This document shows positions 1 through 11,884 of a stretch of 64,000 nucleotides of DNA, in pieces. The notes below the pieces were generated by a model, which made no database searches, was not told the DNA's origin, and worked only from the letters and a program-made list of their open reading frames with translations. Source of the DNA: Lytechinus pictus. Lineage: Eukaryota. Each line of letters begins with the position of its first letter. Position 1 is the first letter of the stretch. The DNA lies in NCBI RefSeq assembly GCF_037042905.1, contig NC_087245.1, forward strand, positions 42,100,001-42,164,000, given 5' to 3'. Made by a program: the position numbers and the translations under genes.

Positions 1-554
1 AAATGAATGAAATAGATCTTTGTAAATAAAAATACATATTTTGGTGGCCATATATTGTATGTTGTGGGTCCATTATTGTAGTATTTTCCAATAATGTATA
101 AAGTGAATAATAATGTTAAGGATGATGATGACGATGAATATTATGACGATGATGGTGATGATTATAATTTAATAATGTGCATGTATGTTAAATCAATTTC
201 TTAAAAAAATTGTGCAGCACAAATTTATCAACATGCAAAATGAATAACCAAGATTCACAGATTACGAATAAACTCCCAATAAGTCAATGATCCATTGGTT
301 CGTTGACCAAGGGGTGCTTCATAAAGAAAGAAGTGTGATTTAAAGCCCTTTTTTAATTCTGGCATGCATATAATATTTAACATGTAGCGCACATCCTCCG
401 AGTATTATTTGACCAATGCCGTGATGCGTCATATACGGTACATAACTGGAAATTTGAAAGCATGTATATCATGCGTTATATCACTAACAGAATTTTTATT
501 GTCCCAATAGATATGACATGGGCAATGTTTCCTGTATATATTCATTCTACTTAC

Positions 555-617
555 CACAGGTTTATGGACTTGATAGTACCACCAGAAGGCCATTAAGCAA
601 AAGAAGACAATCGAAAG
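555..617 (-). CDS. PTDSS1: Phosphatidylserine synthase 1, exon 12 (gene continues beyond window start)
   Basis: 63 bp; LSIVFFCLMAFWWYYQVHKPV, hydrophobic last TM segment; cag/gtaagt; no stop yet. Confidence 0.85.
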
Positions 618-1429
618 CTGATGGATAAATAGTAGAATGGAAAATAAAAGATGAGAGAAAAACAGATTATTATTACATTCATGATGTTAATAGCGATTTC
701 TTATATCCATTTTTATGTGCAGGGTTCGTATGGGTTCGTTTTTTCATTCCCCTTGTTTTGGTTAATTGTTTTCAAACTGAATACTTATTTCTTTACTATG
801 TATATCGTATTTTAAAAATATTTTATGGGGAAGATAACTCGACAAATTTGTATTTTTGGTTCTTATAACTCCCTTTTATTAATTTATTGTTTAAGGGTAA
901 ACACATGGACACATATTTATATGAAAGAATTGAAATTAAATTAATATTTACCATCTAAAACCTAAATGTCTGACCCCTATATTTAGGACTTGGTGTGATG
1001 ATGCCATCACTGACAGCTACATGTTAATGAGGTATGGCCAATTCTGCACAAATCCTAGAAGAGTGCAATATCGGCCCTAATAAGTGGAATATTTCTTCTT
1101 GTATTCCATGAAATAAAGCCATCTAATATAATGATCCTTATCATCTTTCCCCCTAAAAATTCATTGAGTAAATTGTCACACTTAGTTTATTGGGCACCAC
1201 TTCAAAAAACCATAGATCAGTTGTTTGGTCTTACAAATGCATCTTACATGTAGCTCTATATGACATCATTTAGTATCATTGCGCATCGCATTGCTTATTG
1301 CGTGCGTTGTATATTTCAAAATACACATTTTCTGTCCATCATCAAAACACCTTATATAGGGAATAATCAGCACATTCTATAATTCAAAAGTTATCAATAG
1401 ATAGGCACAACACACTATATTAATTTTAA

Positions 1430-2479
1430 AGTGGAAGTTCACCCTAACGAAAAGTTTATTTTAAAAATAGCACAAAAATAATGAAATATTGATGAAGGTT
1501 TTAGGAAAATCCAATAAAGTTTAAGAAAGTTATTAGAATTGAGGTTCTTGATTTGTGATGTCAGATACATGCAGCTGCCCCATATGTCATATAATATAAA
1601 ATGCATAAACTAAATTTTTTTATTGTTCATGATGACTAAAAAATTTCTTTTAAAGGGATGGTCCGGTCTGAAAGTATTTATAGCTTAATAAATAGAGTAG
1701 AATTCACTGAGCAAAATGCCAAAATTTCATCAAAATCGGATAAAAAGTAACAAAGTTATTGAATTTTAAAGTTTAGCAATATTTTGTGAAAACAGTTGTA
1801 ATGAATATTCATTAGGTGGGCTGATGATGTCACATCCCCACTTGTTCTTTTGTATTTTATTATATGAAATTAGGTTTATTCAAATTTTTTCCTCCAAGAA
1901 CTAGAAAAATTTGATTGACAACTGATTTAGTGCATTAGATATTCATTGCTGCAACTTATTTCATAATAAGGGAGATATATCATTCACACGAGTATGAAAT
2001 AATGAAAAAATTATGATTTTATGTAAAAACATAAGAAAACGGAATGTGGGGATGTGACATCATCAGCCCATATAATGAATATTCATGATGACTGTTTTCA
2101 CAAAATATTGCTAAACTTTAAACTTCAATAACTTTATTATTTGTTATCCAATTTTGATGAAATTTTCGGCATTTTGCTCAGTGAATTCTACTTTTCAGCC
2201 CGGACCATCCCTTTAAGGTGTGAAATACTTTATCTGTTGATATATCAGAGGTACAATAAAACACATTTTTCAATATTTTTAGAACATTACATTTCATTGA
2301 TTTTATTCAATTCATGACACATATGAAGCTGCTTGCATGTGATGCCACAAATAAGAGGGAAAAAAATGAATAACTTTTTAAATCTTTGATGGGTTTTCCT
2401 CAAACCTTCACCAATATACATTACTATATTTTTCTGATATTTTTACAATTAATTATTTTTCAGGGTGAACTTCTCACCT
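1430..2479. mobile_element. TTAA-flanked MITE (Kolobok-like) containing a nested MITE
   Basis: ttaa|agtggaagttcaccct...agggtgaacttctcacct|ttaa. Confidence 0.8.
1654..2212. mobile_element. TTAA-flanked palindromic MITE nested in 1430-2479
   Basis: ttaa|agggatggtccgg...ccggaccatccct|ttaa with long inverted arms. Confidence 0.88.
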
Positions 2480-2498
2480 TTAACAGAATATTCATTAC

Positions 2499-2598
2499 CT
2501 GTATTGTTAACCACATTAGGATGTTTAGAATGAGAGTTTTCGAGAACACATCTTGCCCATGCTTGATGCATATCATCAGCTCTATCAAACTGTATGCA
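2499..2598 (-). CDS. PTDSS1: Phosphatidylserine synthase 1, exon 11
   Basis: 100 bp; AYSLIELMICIKHGQDVFSKTLILNILMWLTIQ; cag/gtaatg. Confidence 0.93.
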
Positions 2599-2629
2599 CT
2601 GTATAAAGAAGAAAACATTTCACAAGACA

Positions 2630-2985
2630 ATAGATCTCAATGGTCAGGCCCCAAGTTATATCTCGGATCTCTTGAAATTGAAATCCCGATCTCATGACCA
2701 TTACCTTCGTGGCCCACAAGATACACTCACACAGCCAGTACCCCCACACAAGACTAATGAAACACTAGGAGATACTTTCTAATAGTAATATAAGCTATAC
2801 AACTATGGAACAAACTTCCCCTCAGCATTAGGAATTCAACAACTTTACATTATTTCAAATTAAAATTAAAAACTTTCAATCCCAATAGTATGTACAGCAT
2901 GTGGGAAGCTCTTGCAGTGCAATAGAATATATAGAAATAGTTATTGCACTCTATAAAGGCAGATTTTTATTATCATTATTATTAA
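2630..2985 (+). mobile_element. Degenerate L2/CR1-type LINE 3' fragment
   Basis: GQAPSYISDLL...YLR and LWNKLPLSIRNSTTLHYFKLKLKT motifs across frames; (TTA)n-like tail. Confidence 0.7.
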
Positions 2986-3882
2986 TCCAGCATTTCAATT
3001 GCATTAAAAACAATACAAGACCTGTTGTTACAAAGCATGTTATACCTTTCAAAAAGGTCTCAATGCAGATCAGGAAGAATACAGAATGAGTGAAAGCTGC
3101 TAGTAGTGCTATGATGATATTATTATCAGTTAAATGTTTTAAGTGCACATTTGAATTGCCCTATTGTATCAACATGCCTTAAATTATGAGGGGTGTTATT
3201 CCAGAGTTCTAGCGCTGCACGTGCAAACCCCCGATTACCGTAAAACCTTTGTCTTAAGAACAGGTACATTATATAGTGATCTTAAGGTTTGGAACAGGTT
3301 CATAAAAAACACAAATACACAGAAGTTTAAACAGTTGATAAGTATACACTAATTCCATCTGTCTTCTAGGTTATGAGGAATGGTAGCTATGTGATAATTG
3401 GCATAAAACTGATTAAAAGATTTTGGATAATTTATTTCTTTTTTCAAAATACACAAACAGCTAACAAGAATTCATACAGCATTTCCATTCATTTTAATGT
3501 AGGATAACAGAGCCCTCTTGATTGCATGCCTTGCTCACCAGCATCAGTCCGTGGCTGGGGACCGAACCCAGATTTTGGATAAGACTAAGTGAAAGTAACC
3601 TGAACGATTACATAATGACATGATACGAGACAGAATTGGCTGACACCATGTTGGAATAGCTAAAAAAAAAAATACAATCAACACAGGGTGATTGTACAAA
3701 GTGTCAATTACGGGTCAAATTTATTCTTTGTAGGTCTGCATTTTTTAACTCCAAATTCAAACTCAAATTCGTTTATGATTCTATGTGGCATCAAGGCTAA
3801 GACAAAAATAAGCTTAGTTTCAAGACAATCTTAAGTAATGTCAGAAACATTACATTAAATATAGAACAGTCTTTATACTTAC

Positions 3883-3948
3883 AGGAAAACCCATAGGTGT
3901 GTTCCCGCCCGTTTGCAGTATGGATCAGTGACATAGGTATAATATTGC
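3883..3948 (-). CDS. PTDSS1: Phosphatidylserine synthase 1, exon 10
   Basis: 66 bp; QYYTYVTDPYCKRAGTHLWVF; cag/gtaagt. Confidence 0.94.
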
Positions 3949-4254
3949 CTGCAGAGGAAATCATAAGAGATAAATACTCCAGAATGAAAAACAAAATCTC
4001 AATAAAATCTGCATTTTCTACCATTAAAGTATGATAAATCCTTAAATACACTTCATACTTCTTATTTTACGTTAAAAAAAAGTTCACTTTTGTAGAACTA
4101 TGTAAGCACCCTACAATAACACAGCATAATAGCCATGGTATCAGCAGAGCAAGTATCAGAACCATGTCATGTATAATATATCCATATTTTTTATTGTTCG
4201 AAGTAGACACCAGAAATGAAATACTCTGAAATTTGTTTTGCCCAATTGATCATG

Positions 4255-4438
4255 GGCCCGGCAGCCGCTGTGCAGTGCCAGATCGACGAGGCTCTATTCC
4301 TTTTAATTGTTGAACGCCAAACAGGGTAGCACCAACTTCCATCTTTTAACGTCTTTTGGTCTGACGCGGCCGGGGTTTGAACCCCCGACCTCCCACTTGT
4401 GAGACGGACGCTCTACCAACTGAGCCAACACAACGGTC
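4255..4438 (-). mobile_element. tRNA-derived SINE (different family), partial
   Basis: Minus strand tggctcagttggtagagcg...ggttcaaacccc head followed by a non-tRNA body. Confidence 0.75.
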
Positions 4439-4984
4439 GCCGGTATATAGAAAAATAATAGAAAATTAACTTTGACCTCTTTCTTTAATGTTGGAGAAAA
4501 TATTGCATAAATGAATATCAAATGTATATGACCTTTGAACTCTTGCCTGATTTCGAACTGGGGAGCGTTTATGGAAAGGACTTGTCGGACATTTTGTCCG
4601 AAAAATCCTGTTTTATCCAAAAGTTACCATAATAAAACAGTGCCTCTCAGCCAACCAAATTCTATGAAAGATGTCAGTTCTGACAACTTGTTGGACAAAA
4701 ATGTTGATAAAATGCTCCCCAGGACAGGATGTACATACATAGCCAATTGACCTCACCTTGACTTTTCCTCCGTTTTTTTTCCCCAAGCGACAAATGCAAC
4801 AGTAAATGTCCGACATGGTATAAAACTATTGATTTCTCGACGGATCGTCTCTGCTGTGTACGTGGGTGTGTCCTACTGACATTTTCACAATGGAAATCAA
4901 ACATCACGTGACCCTTGACCTCTTAACTGACCACAGGTTCAGGTGAAGGTGTGTCCCAATGACCATAACTTGACCCCTTACCTT

Positions 4985-5340
4985 GGAAGCGTCGTGGTGT
5001 AGCAGTTCTGACTCTCGCCTTGTAATCAGAGGGTCATGTGTTCGAATCCCACCATGGCCTAGCGTCCTTTGGCAAGGCGTTAATCCACACTTTGCCACTC
5101 TCCACCCAGGTGTTAAATGGGTACCCGGTAGGATGTGAAAGCCTATATGTATTATGCCTAGCAATGGAGTCTTGGAACTCTTGTTGGAATGCTCCCCAGG
5201 GAGTGGAGAAGGTGCATACATTGTATGCGGGCATGCAAGGATCCGATGACCGGGGTAATAATATGTCTGTAAAGCGCTTAGAGACGCCGTTCCGATGTAT
5301 AAAGCGCTATATAAATGCGGAATATTATTATTATTATTAT
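4985..5340 (+). mobile_element. tRNA-derived SINE with (TTA)n tail and 7-bp TSD
   Basis: A box (tggtgtagcag), B box (gttcgaatcc), ccacccaggtgttaaatgggtacc core; TTACCTT at 4978-4984 and 5341-5347. Confidence 0.9.
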
Positions 5341-5344
5341 TTAC

Positions 5345-5457
5345 CTTATCGTTGGAGCCGTGGATGTAACAACAATGAATATCCTGATGATGCCGAGCCA
5401 ATGGTCAGCAGGAAATTTGTAAATGTGCTTCAAGAAAAATGTGTTCAGCTCGACCAG
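5345..5457 (-). CDS. PTDSS1: Phosphatidylserine synthase 1, exon 9
   Basis: 113 bp; LVELNTFFLKHIYKFPADHWLGIIRIFIVVTSTAPTIR; cag/gtaaat. Confidence 0.94.
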
Positions 5458-5745
5458 CTGCAGAAAGAAGGATATAAACAATCGTCATTAGATATATGCA
5501 TGCTAATAAAGAGTGCAGCGGGTAATTCCTAGAAGCGCTTCAAGAAAATGAAAGTTAGTTTAACCAGCTGCAGAAATAAGGATATAAACAATCGTCATTA
5601 GATATATGCATGCTGATAAAGAGTGCAGCGGGTACTTCCTAGAAGCGCTTCAAGAAAATTAAAGTTAGTTTAACCAGCTGCAGAAATAAGAATATAAATG
5701 ATCATCCTGCTAAATAGTGCAGCGAGGTGTATTCTAGAAGCGCTT
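5427..5745. repeat. ~110-bp tandem duplication (about 3 units) spanning the PTDSS1 exon-9 acceptor
   Basis: gcttcaagaaaa...accagctgcagaaa...gtgcagcg...ctagaagc repeated at ~5427, ~5537, ~5647. Confidence 0.9.
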
Positions 5746-6349
5746 AAAAAAATAATTCTTCCTTCAGGAGCAGGTATGAGATAATTTGTCTGTTGATATA
5801 GCAAAGATATAGTAAAACCATTTTCTTTTTTTTTTAGAAAATGGCATTTTATTGATTTTTTTATAATTCAATATACAGGGGAAGCTGCTGGCATATGACA
5901 TCACAAATACAAAAATTGACATTCTTATAACTTTTTAAATCTTTGATGGAATTTCAATCAAACCTCCACCAATTTTTTCTTATAATTTTTACTGTTATTT
6001 TTAAGATAGACTTTTTGTCAGGGCTAAATTCCCCTTTAACCTAATTTCTTGATATCAAAAATTCAATTCTTTATCGAGAACAAATGACATTATGACCATT
6101 GCACTCTTTTCAGAGCTGCCAACCTAAAGAACATTTCAGTATTTTAAAAGCTGAATATCAGTACAATGGTGAAGAAATCAGTTTTTTCACAGAAATACCA
6201 CAGAACACATTAAACTGAAACTTAAGAAATCTCTATTTTGCATGAAACCATCAGTAATCTTCTCATTATTCAGTACAAATTACTGAAAATCAGTACTATT
6301 CGGCAGCTATGATTAAAAAAAATGATCAACACATTCAGCAGACACTCAC

Positions 6350-6431
6350 CTGCGCAACGCATTCAATGATAAAGACAGCCAATACCCGCTTGAGAGAAGT
6401 ATGAGGTTCCAACCAACGAATGGGTGTCCAA
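6350..6431 (-). CDS. PTDSS1: Phosphatidylserine synthase 1, exon 8
   Basis: 82 bp; WTPIRWLEPHTSLKRVLAVFIIECVAQ; cag/gtgagt. Confidence 0.92.
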
Positions 6432-7077
6432 CTGCCATGATAAGAAAATGCAATTTGATGGGGTTAAATTATTCTGAAGAATAGAATTATCTTATCAGGG
6501 GCCCATAACACAAAGCTTCGCAATGATCGTAGCACATTATCAAATGATTGATTACACCGACTACAATGTACAATCAATCATGAAAATAAAGCGTACAATT
6601 GCTAACTTTTGTGTTACGAGAGCCTGGACTAACCACATGGCGAACTATAAACCTCTCACATGAGATGAGATATCTAGTCAAATTTGCAATATGATCAAAG
6701 GTGGGAGAGCTCTCTACCCTCCCCCACAAAGCACAAAGTGATACTGTGTCAAACGTAAGTTACATGTACGTAATAACCTGATCATGATCTTGTGATTTTT
6801 TAATAAAAGCAGTTGTTTGTCATTGGGTAGGTGACATTATTTGCATATTAACACAAATGTATAGTGTGCAAACAGGGATTACTTTTCCCAATAGGATACC
6901 TGCACTGCACAAAGAAAGAAGGTTTTACTTGACAAAATACAAGTTATGAAAATGATATATGCAACATTTATATGGTGGGTAATAAAATGTTTTTGAGTAC
7001 GTTATACATGTACTACTACTTCAGTATGGCTCTCACGATCAGGTGCTCAAGAATTTACAGAATTTCTTACTACAATC

Positions 7078-7210
7078 CATTTACTACACCTGAGTAGATA
7101 GTGGCAAATGTAGATAACTGCATTGCAAAAGGACATGCGTACTGCAGTGGTATTTGAACCCTAGACCTTGTGGATCAAAGTCTGGAGACTTATCCACTGA
7201 GCCACAACAC
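7078..7210 (-). mobile_element. Degenerate SINE fragment
   Basis: Reverse SINE core (ccatttactacacctg) and head (ccactgagccacaac). Confidence 0.6.
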
Positions 7211-7389
7211 TATTACACTAAACATCAAATCTTTTTAAATATCTTTTCTTTTGGATGACCATATCTTTTGCGTTTGACCTTTTAAACAATCAAACTCTAC
7301 ATTAACGGCATGAAATAAATGAAATTATTCACCGTTTCCTTATATCTCAACTGTCCTTTTCAGTACTCTACCAATACATCAACATCTTA

Positions 7390-7642
7390 AGTCCGTCACA
7401 TAGCTCCATGCAAGCCTTGCATGCGACTTGCAGGTGACTGTGATACCTGCAGGTTGCCGCAGGTCGCCCGCATTGACAGTATCTCATACCTATCTCACAC
7501 GTAGTAGCCCACAGGAGCGCAAGCAAGTATGGTGTGCACGCAGAAAGGTTTTGAACATGCTCAAAGTTTTGTTGCGAGAGCTGCGGGTGATTGCCCGCAA
7601 CTCACCCACAAGCCTTGCATGGAACGTTGTGACAGGACCTTT
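7390..7642. mobile_element. MITE, same family as 23376-23585
   Basis: Shared cagtatctcacac and gttgcg..gtgcgggt blocks in opposite orientation; gtcac / gtgac ends. Confidence 0.65.
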
Positions 7643-7656
7643 ACCAGCTCACTCAC

Positions 7657-7716
7657 CTCGCTGGTGTAAATTGGAGAACAGCCCTCTTGATCTTCCCAGA
7701 GGTAGAAGGAATGTTT
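7657..7716 (-). CDS. PTDSS1: Phosphatidylserine synthase 1, exon 7
   Basis: 60 bp; NIPSTSGKIKRAVLQFTPAS; tag/gtgagt. Confidence 0.95.
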
Positions 7717-8234
7717 CTAGGAGGTACATGTAAAAGATAAGAACACAAAATGATTTGTAATCATAGTACATTTCTTCATTAATTTCATTGAGTTTCTTTT
7801 CAACTTATCAATAAAATACCAAACATATACAGTGGTTCTAGAAAGATAGTAAACCCTAAATATGTATAAACATTACTAAATTTGAGGTACAAATATTATG
7901 ATTTAGTTCAAATAATTGTTACAATTATGAATGACATTATTTGGGCTAACCCCGATTAGCATTTTGCTATTGTGTTACAGGTGTAGCTCCAATTACCATT
8001 TTTTAATTTGTTTATACTGTTTCATGTACTTCCATATTTACTGCAATTATAATGTATCAACTATTCAATTAAAATTCATAATATCTTTGTATTGTCCTAT
8101 TCATCCCTATTTACAAGTTTGTTTTTTTGTTTTTTTGTTTTTTTTTTGCAGCAGGATAACAATAGTTTTTAATAGGTGAATGAGGTATCAACTGGCACTT
8201 CATTAATGTGTGGTCTAAGTTAACCCATGTTTAA

Positions 8235-8828
8235 AGGACAAGTCCACCCCAACAAAAAGTTGATTTGAATAAAAAGAGAAAAATCCAACAAGAATATCAC
8301 TGAAAATTTCATCAAAATCGGATGTAAAATAAGAAAGTTATGACATTTTAAAGTTTCGCTTAATTTCATAAAACAGTTATATGCACATCCTGGTCGGTAT
8401 GCAAATGAGAAGACTGATGACGTCATCCACTCACTATTTCTTTTGTATTTTATTATATGAAATATGAAATATTCTAATTTTCTCCTCATTGTCAAGTGAT
8501 ACAACGATTAATTCCTCCCTGAACATGTGGAACTAGCATTGTTTAATACTATATGGTTCAGTCAAGTTGGTCCTTACTGTCAAATCTATAAAAAAAGGAA
8601 ATATTGTATAATTCAAACAATAAAAAACAAAAGAAATAGTGAGTGATGGACATCATCGACTGAGTCACCATGTTGTGCATATCACTGTTTTGTGAAAAAT
8701 AAAGCGAAAATTTAAAATGTCATAACTTTCTTATTTTACATCCGATTTTGATGAAATTTTCAACGTTATGCTAGTTTGATTTTTCTCTATTTATTCAAGT
8801 CAGCATTTTCCTGGGGTGGACTTGACCT
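8235..8828. mobile_element. TTAA-flanked MITE (Kolobok-like)
   Basis: ttaa|aggacaagtccacccc...ggggtggacttgacct|ttaa. Confidence 0.88.
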
Positions 8829-9008
8829 TTAACTAAACCATGGCTATAAAGAACACCATCCGGGTCCCGTAAAACAAAGGTCAGCGATTGATCGTAAGCT
8901 TGATTTTTACGATTGATTGTACATTATAGTCAAGCAATCCATCGCAGAAAAGTGTTCTACGATCATGGCTAAGGTTTGCATCACAGGCTCCAGGTGTGAT
9001 CATCTCAC

Positions 9009-9160
9009 TTGATGCTCTCCCATCTGAATTCGGTCATCTCCAGTCTCCTGCAGAGTTTCATCCCGACCCAGATACCGAGGCCGTTGCACACCAGGATGTC
9101 CAGGATGATGGCATCCCACCAACACTCTGCAAAGTTGGGTAGCAGGTGGATGAAGAAGAA
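9009..9160 (-). CDS. PTDSS1: Phosphatidylserine synthase 1, exon 6
   Basis: 152 bp; [51 protein letters not shown], includes the [12 protein letters not shown] core motif. Confidence 0.96.
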
Positions 9161-9894
9161 CTGTGTGTGTTGGGGAAGACAACAGAAGTAGAATGAATTT
9201 AAAGTGGGTTGAATCTCTTTTAAAGTTACTGTATTAGATGGGTTACAATAAAAAAATGAAAATCCATATTTCATTGTTTGAAATATAAGTCTGAAAAAGA
9301 AATACTCCGAAAATTCTTTTTGCCCAATTGACCATGGGCATGTATGTTCATATGTGTGCTCATTTTAATGTGTGCGTCCATTTCCAATGGTGACGTCATC
9401 GAAAATGGAGCTAACTCTCTGTTCTCAAAACAGATAACATTCACCTCTTCTTTTCTTTCAACCAATCACATCAAAGGAAAACAATCCTGAAGAAATACCT
9501 AAAGCAAACCTTTATGAATATTCATGTATTTGCCGATACACTTATTTAGGCCGACTTTTTAGGAAGAATAAGTCTCAAATTATAAGGCGAATTTGAGGCA
9601 TTGTTTTGGAATAAAATAGTGTATTTTGAGGAAAAAATACAGGGTTTTGGGAAAAATATCACAACTTTCTAACCATAAATTTTGGTTGAAATGTTTTTTT
9701 TATAATATACGAACGAGGATCACTATTACCATATCATAACACAAAAACGTCTCTACCCCTTTTTTCTCTGATATCCAGTGATCCTCAGATATGGAGGAAT
9801 TCAGAGCGAAATACTCATTCCATCCTCCCAGTCACGGGCCACTTTTCATCATTTTATGATGGCAATATCAGGCCCAAAGAACAATCTAAAAAAA

Positions 9895-10580
9895 ACAAGT
9901 GGAACGCCTCTGGCAGTCTTACCTGTATCACGCGATTCAATATAGCAGCAGTGCTGACTTTGAAAAGTACTATAAAATAATTATTCACAAAATACACAAA
10001 TATACATTCATATAATGCTCCAATACTACGTTCATTGACATTTGACCTTGATCATGTGACCTGAAACTCGGACAGGATGCTCAAAGATACTTGATTACTC
10101 TTATGTCCAAGTTTCATGAATCAGATCAATAAACTTTCAGTTATGATGGTAATTCAACAGATACCCCCCCCCCCACATGGCCAAAGTTCATTAACCTTTG
10201 ACCTTGGTCATGTGACCTGAAATTCGCACAGGATCTTCAGTGATACTTGATTACTCTTATGTCCAAGTTTCATGAATCAGATCCATAAACTTTTAAAGTT
10301 ATGATGGTAATTCAACAGATACCCCCAATTTGGCCAAAGTTCATTGACCCTAAATGACCTTTGACCTTGGTCGTGTGACTTAAAACTCAGGCAGGATGTT
10401 CAGTAATACTTGATTAACCTTATGGCCAAGTTTCATGAACTAGGTCCATATACTTTCTAAGTTACGCTGTCATTTAAAAAACTTAACCTTCGGTTAAGAT
10501 TTGGTGTTGACGCCGTCGCCACCGCCGCCGCCGTCGGGAAAAGCGGCGCCTATAGTCTCACTCTGCTATGCAGGTGAGAC
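9895..10580 (+). mobile_element. HINE-like element with about 3 internal ~160-bp repeats
   Basis: Sub-terminal IR gtcttacctgtat / atgcaggtgagac, 3' hairpin gtctcac...gtgagac, A-run flanks. Confidence 0.75.
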
Positions 10581-11725
10581 AAAAAACAACAACGACAGAG
10601 TGAAAATTTGAAATTCAAATCACACATGTATGCTAATCAACGGTAATCATAAGTTCACATTAATCAATATTTTTTTTATTTCAAAATGTTTCTTGGGGTT
10701 AATGCATGAATCCAGTATTCTGAGCAGTTAAATTCAAATTCCAGCGGTATGCCATCTAATGCACTTTTAGGTTCGTCGACAATGCAAACCCAGTCCCGCA
10801 TCGAAGGACGGGGAAAGGTTTTCGCTGCTTTTACTTCAATGTGATTGCAATGTTGCTTGGCTATTATAAACGTTAGGTAATATTTATACTGAGTGATTTT
10901 CATATGACTGGAATTGTTGAAGTCCATTAAATAGCCAGATCAATTTTTTTTTTAATGGGGACATTGCATTGGGGGTATTCTGTTTCGAGGAGGGTGTCAA
11001 TTCAAATTTTTTTGTTTTAATCATCCTTTCTTGTACAAATATAAACAAGTAAATGTCTATTTAACTAGCATAATTTGGTAAATGCTGGCCTAACTGGGCT
11101 CATTTTACTTTTTAAAACCTTTGGCTTTGAGAAAATTATCTATTTAATTTTAGGGCTTCTACGGTACAGGGGCCTTTATTATTATAACAGATCTACAGAT
11201 CTCGACATTATATAATCATAATTAATTCAGCATTTTAGTTTGTTGATGCAAAAAGACTCATCTATTTAACTGTGGTGGTACAGAATATTTCTTTTATTGA
11301 TCACATTCTCCTATTTATCAATTTAATTAGGCCTGTACAAGGATTTAAAAAAAAAAAATTTATCATGGCTGATAAACCGGGGATGGTTTTTAATCTGAAG
11401 GTTTTGCGATTCAAGAACTAGGTCAGCAGTTGACAGAGATCGATTCTTTTAACTAATTCAAATTTTTGCTAACCATGGTGATCCTTTTTTGGGGGGGATG
11501 CGGTTCGGCCTCTAGATTGAGCCAATGTATCTGATCATTTATAAGGATCAATTAAGCAAGAGTGTGTTTATGTTTTACGAAGTTCAACTAAAATATGCTG
11601 TAAATATTTTTGACATATGGGCCTACATGTATATCACAGTTAACAATGAAATCTGAAGGCTTTATCTACATTTGCGAAAATTCAACCCTTGTCTTTGACT
11701 GATGATTAAGAGATATATTTCTCAC

Positions 11726-11884
11726 CTCTGTGATCTCCCAAGTGACACTGATGATCCAGCACAGGACATAGCTTCTCATGAGAAGGGCCTTGATTACCCA
11801 ACCTCCAAAATGACTAAGAGAATACCAGTCAAAATGACCCCACAATCGCTCTAAAGTGACGTCAGAACAATTCACAGCATACTC
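11726..11884 (-). CDS. PTDSS1: Phosphatidylserine synthase 1, exon 5
   Basis: 159 bp; EYAVNCSDVTLERLWGHFDWYSLSHFGGWVIKALLMRSYVLCWIISVTWEITE; cag/gtgaga. Confidence 0.95.

Noticed and set aside
2951..3148. Hydrophobic ORF as a PTDSS1 exon
   Set aside because: The true exon 11 is at 2499-2598; this ORF shows no homology.
4365..4438. tRNA gene
   Set aside because: A/B boxes are present, but there is no convincing acceptor stem and the sequence continues into a SINE body; the other tRNA-like heads are likewise SINEs.
4757..4875. Exon-like segment (cag...AAG|gtgagg) in PTDSS1 intron 9
   Set aside because: No PSS homology, and exons 9 and 10 already join in phase without it.
4904..5532. 164-165 aa ORFs on both strands
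   Set aside because: Chance frames across the SINE and the off-frame or antisense exon 9.
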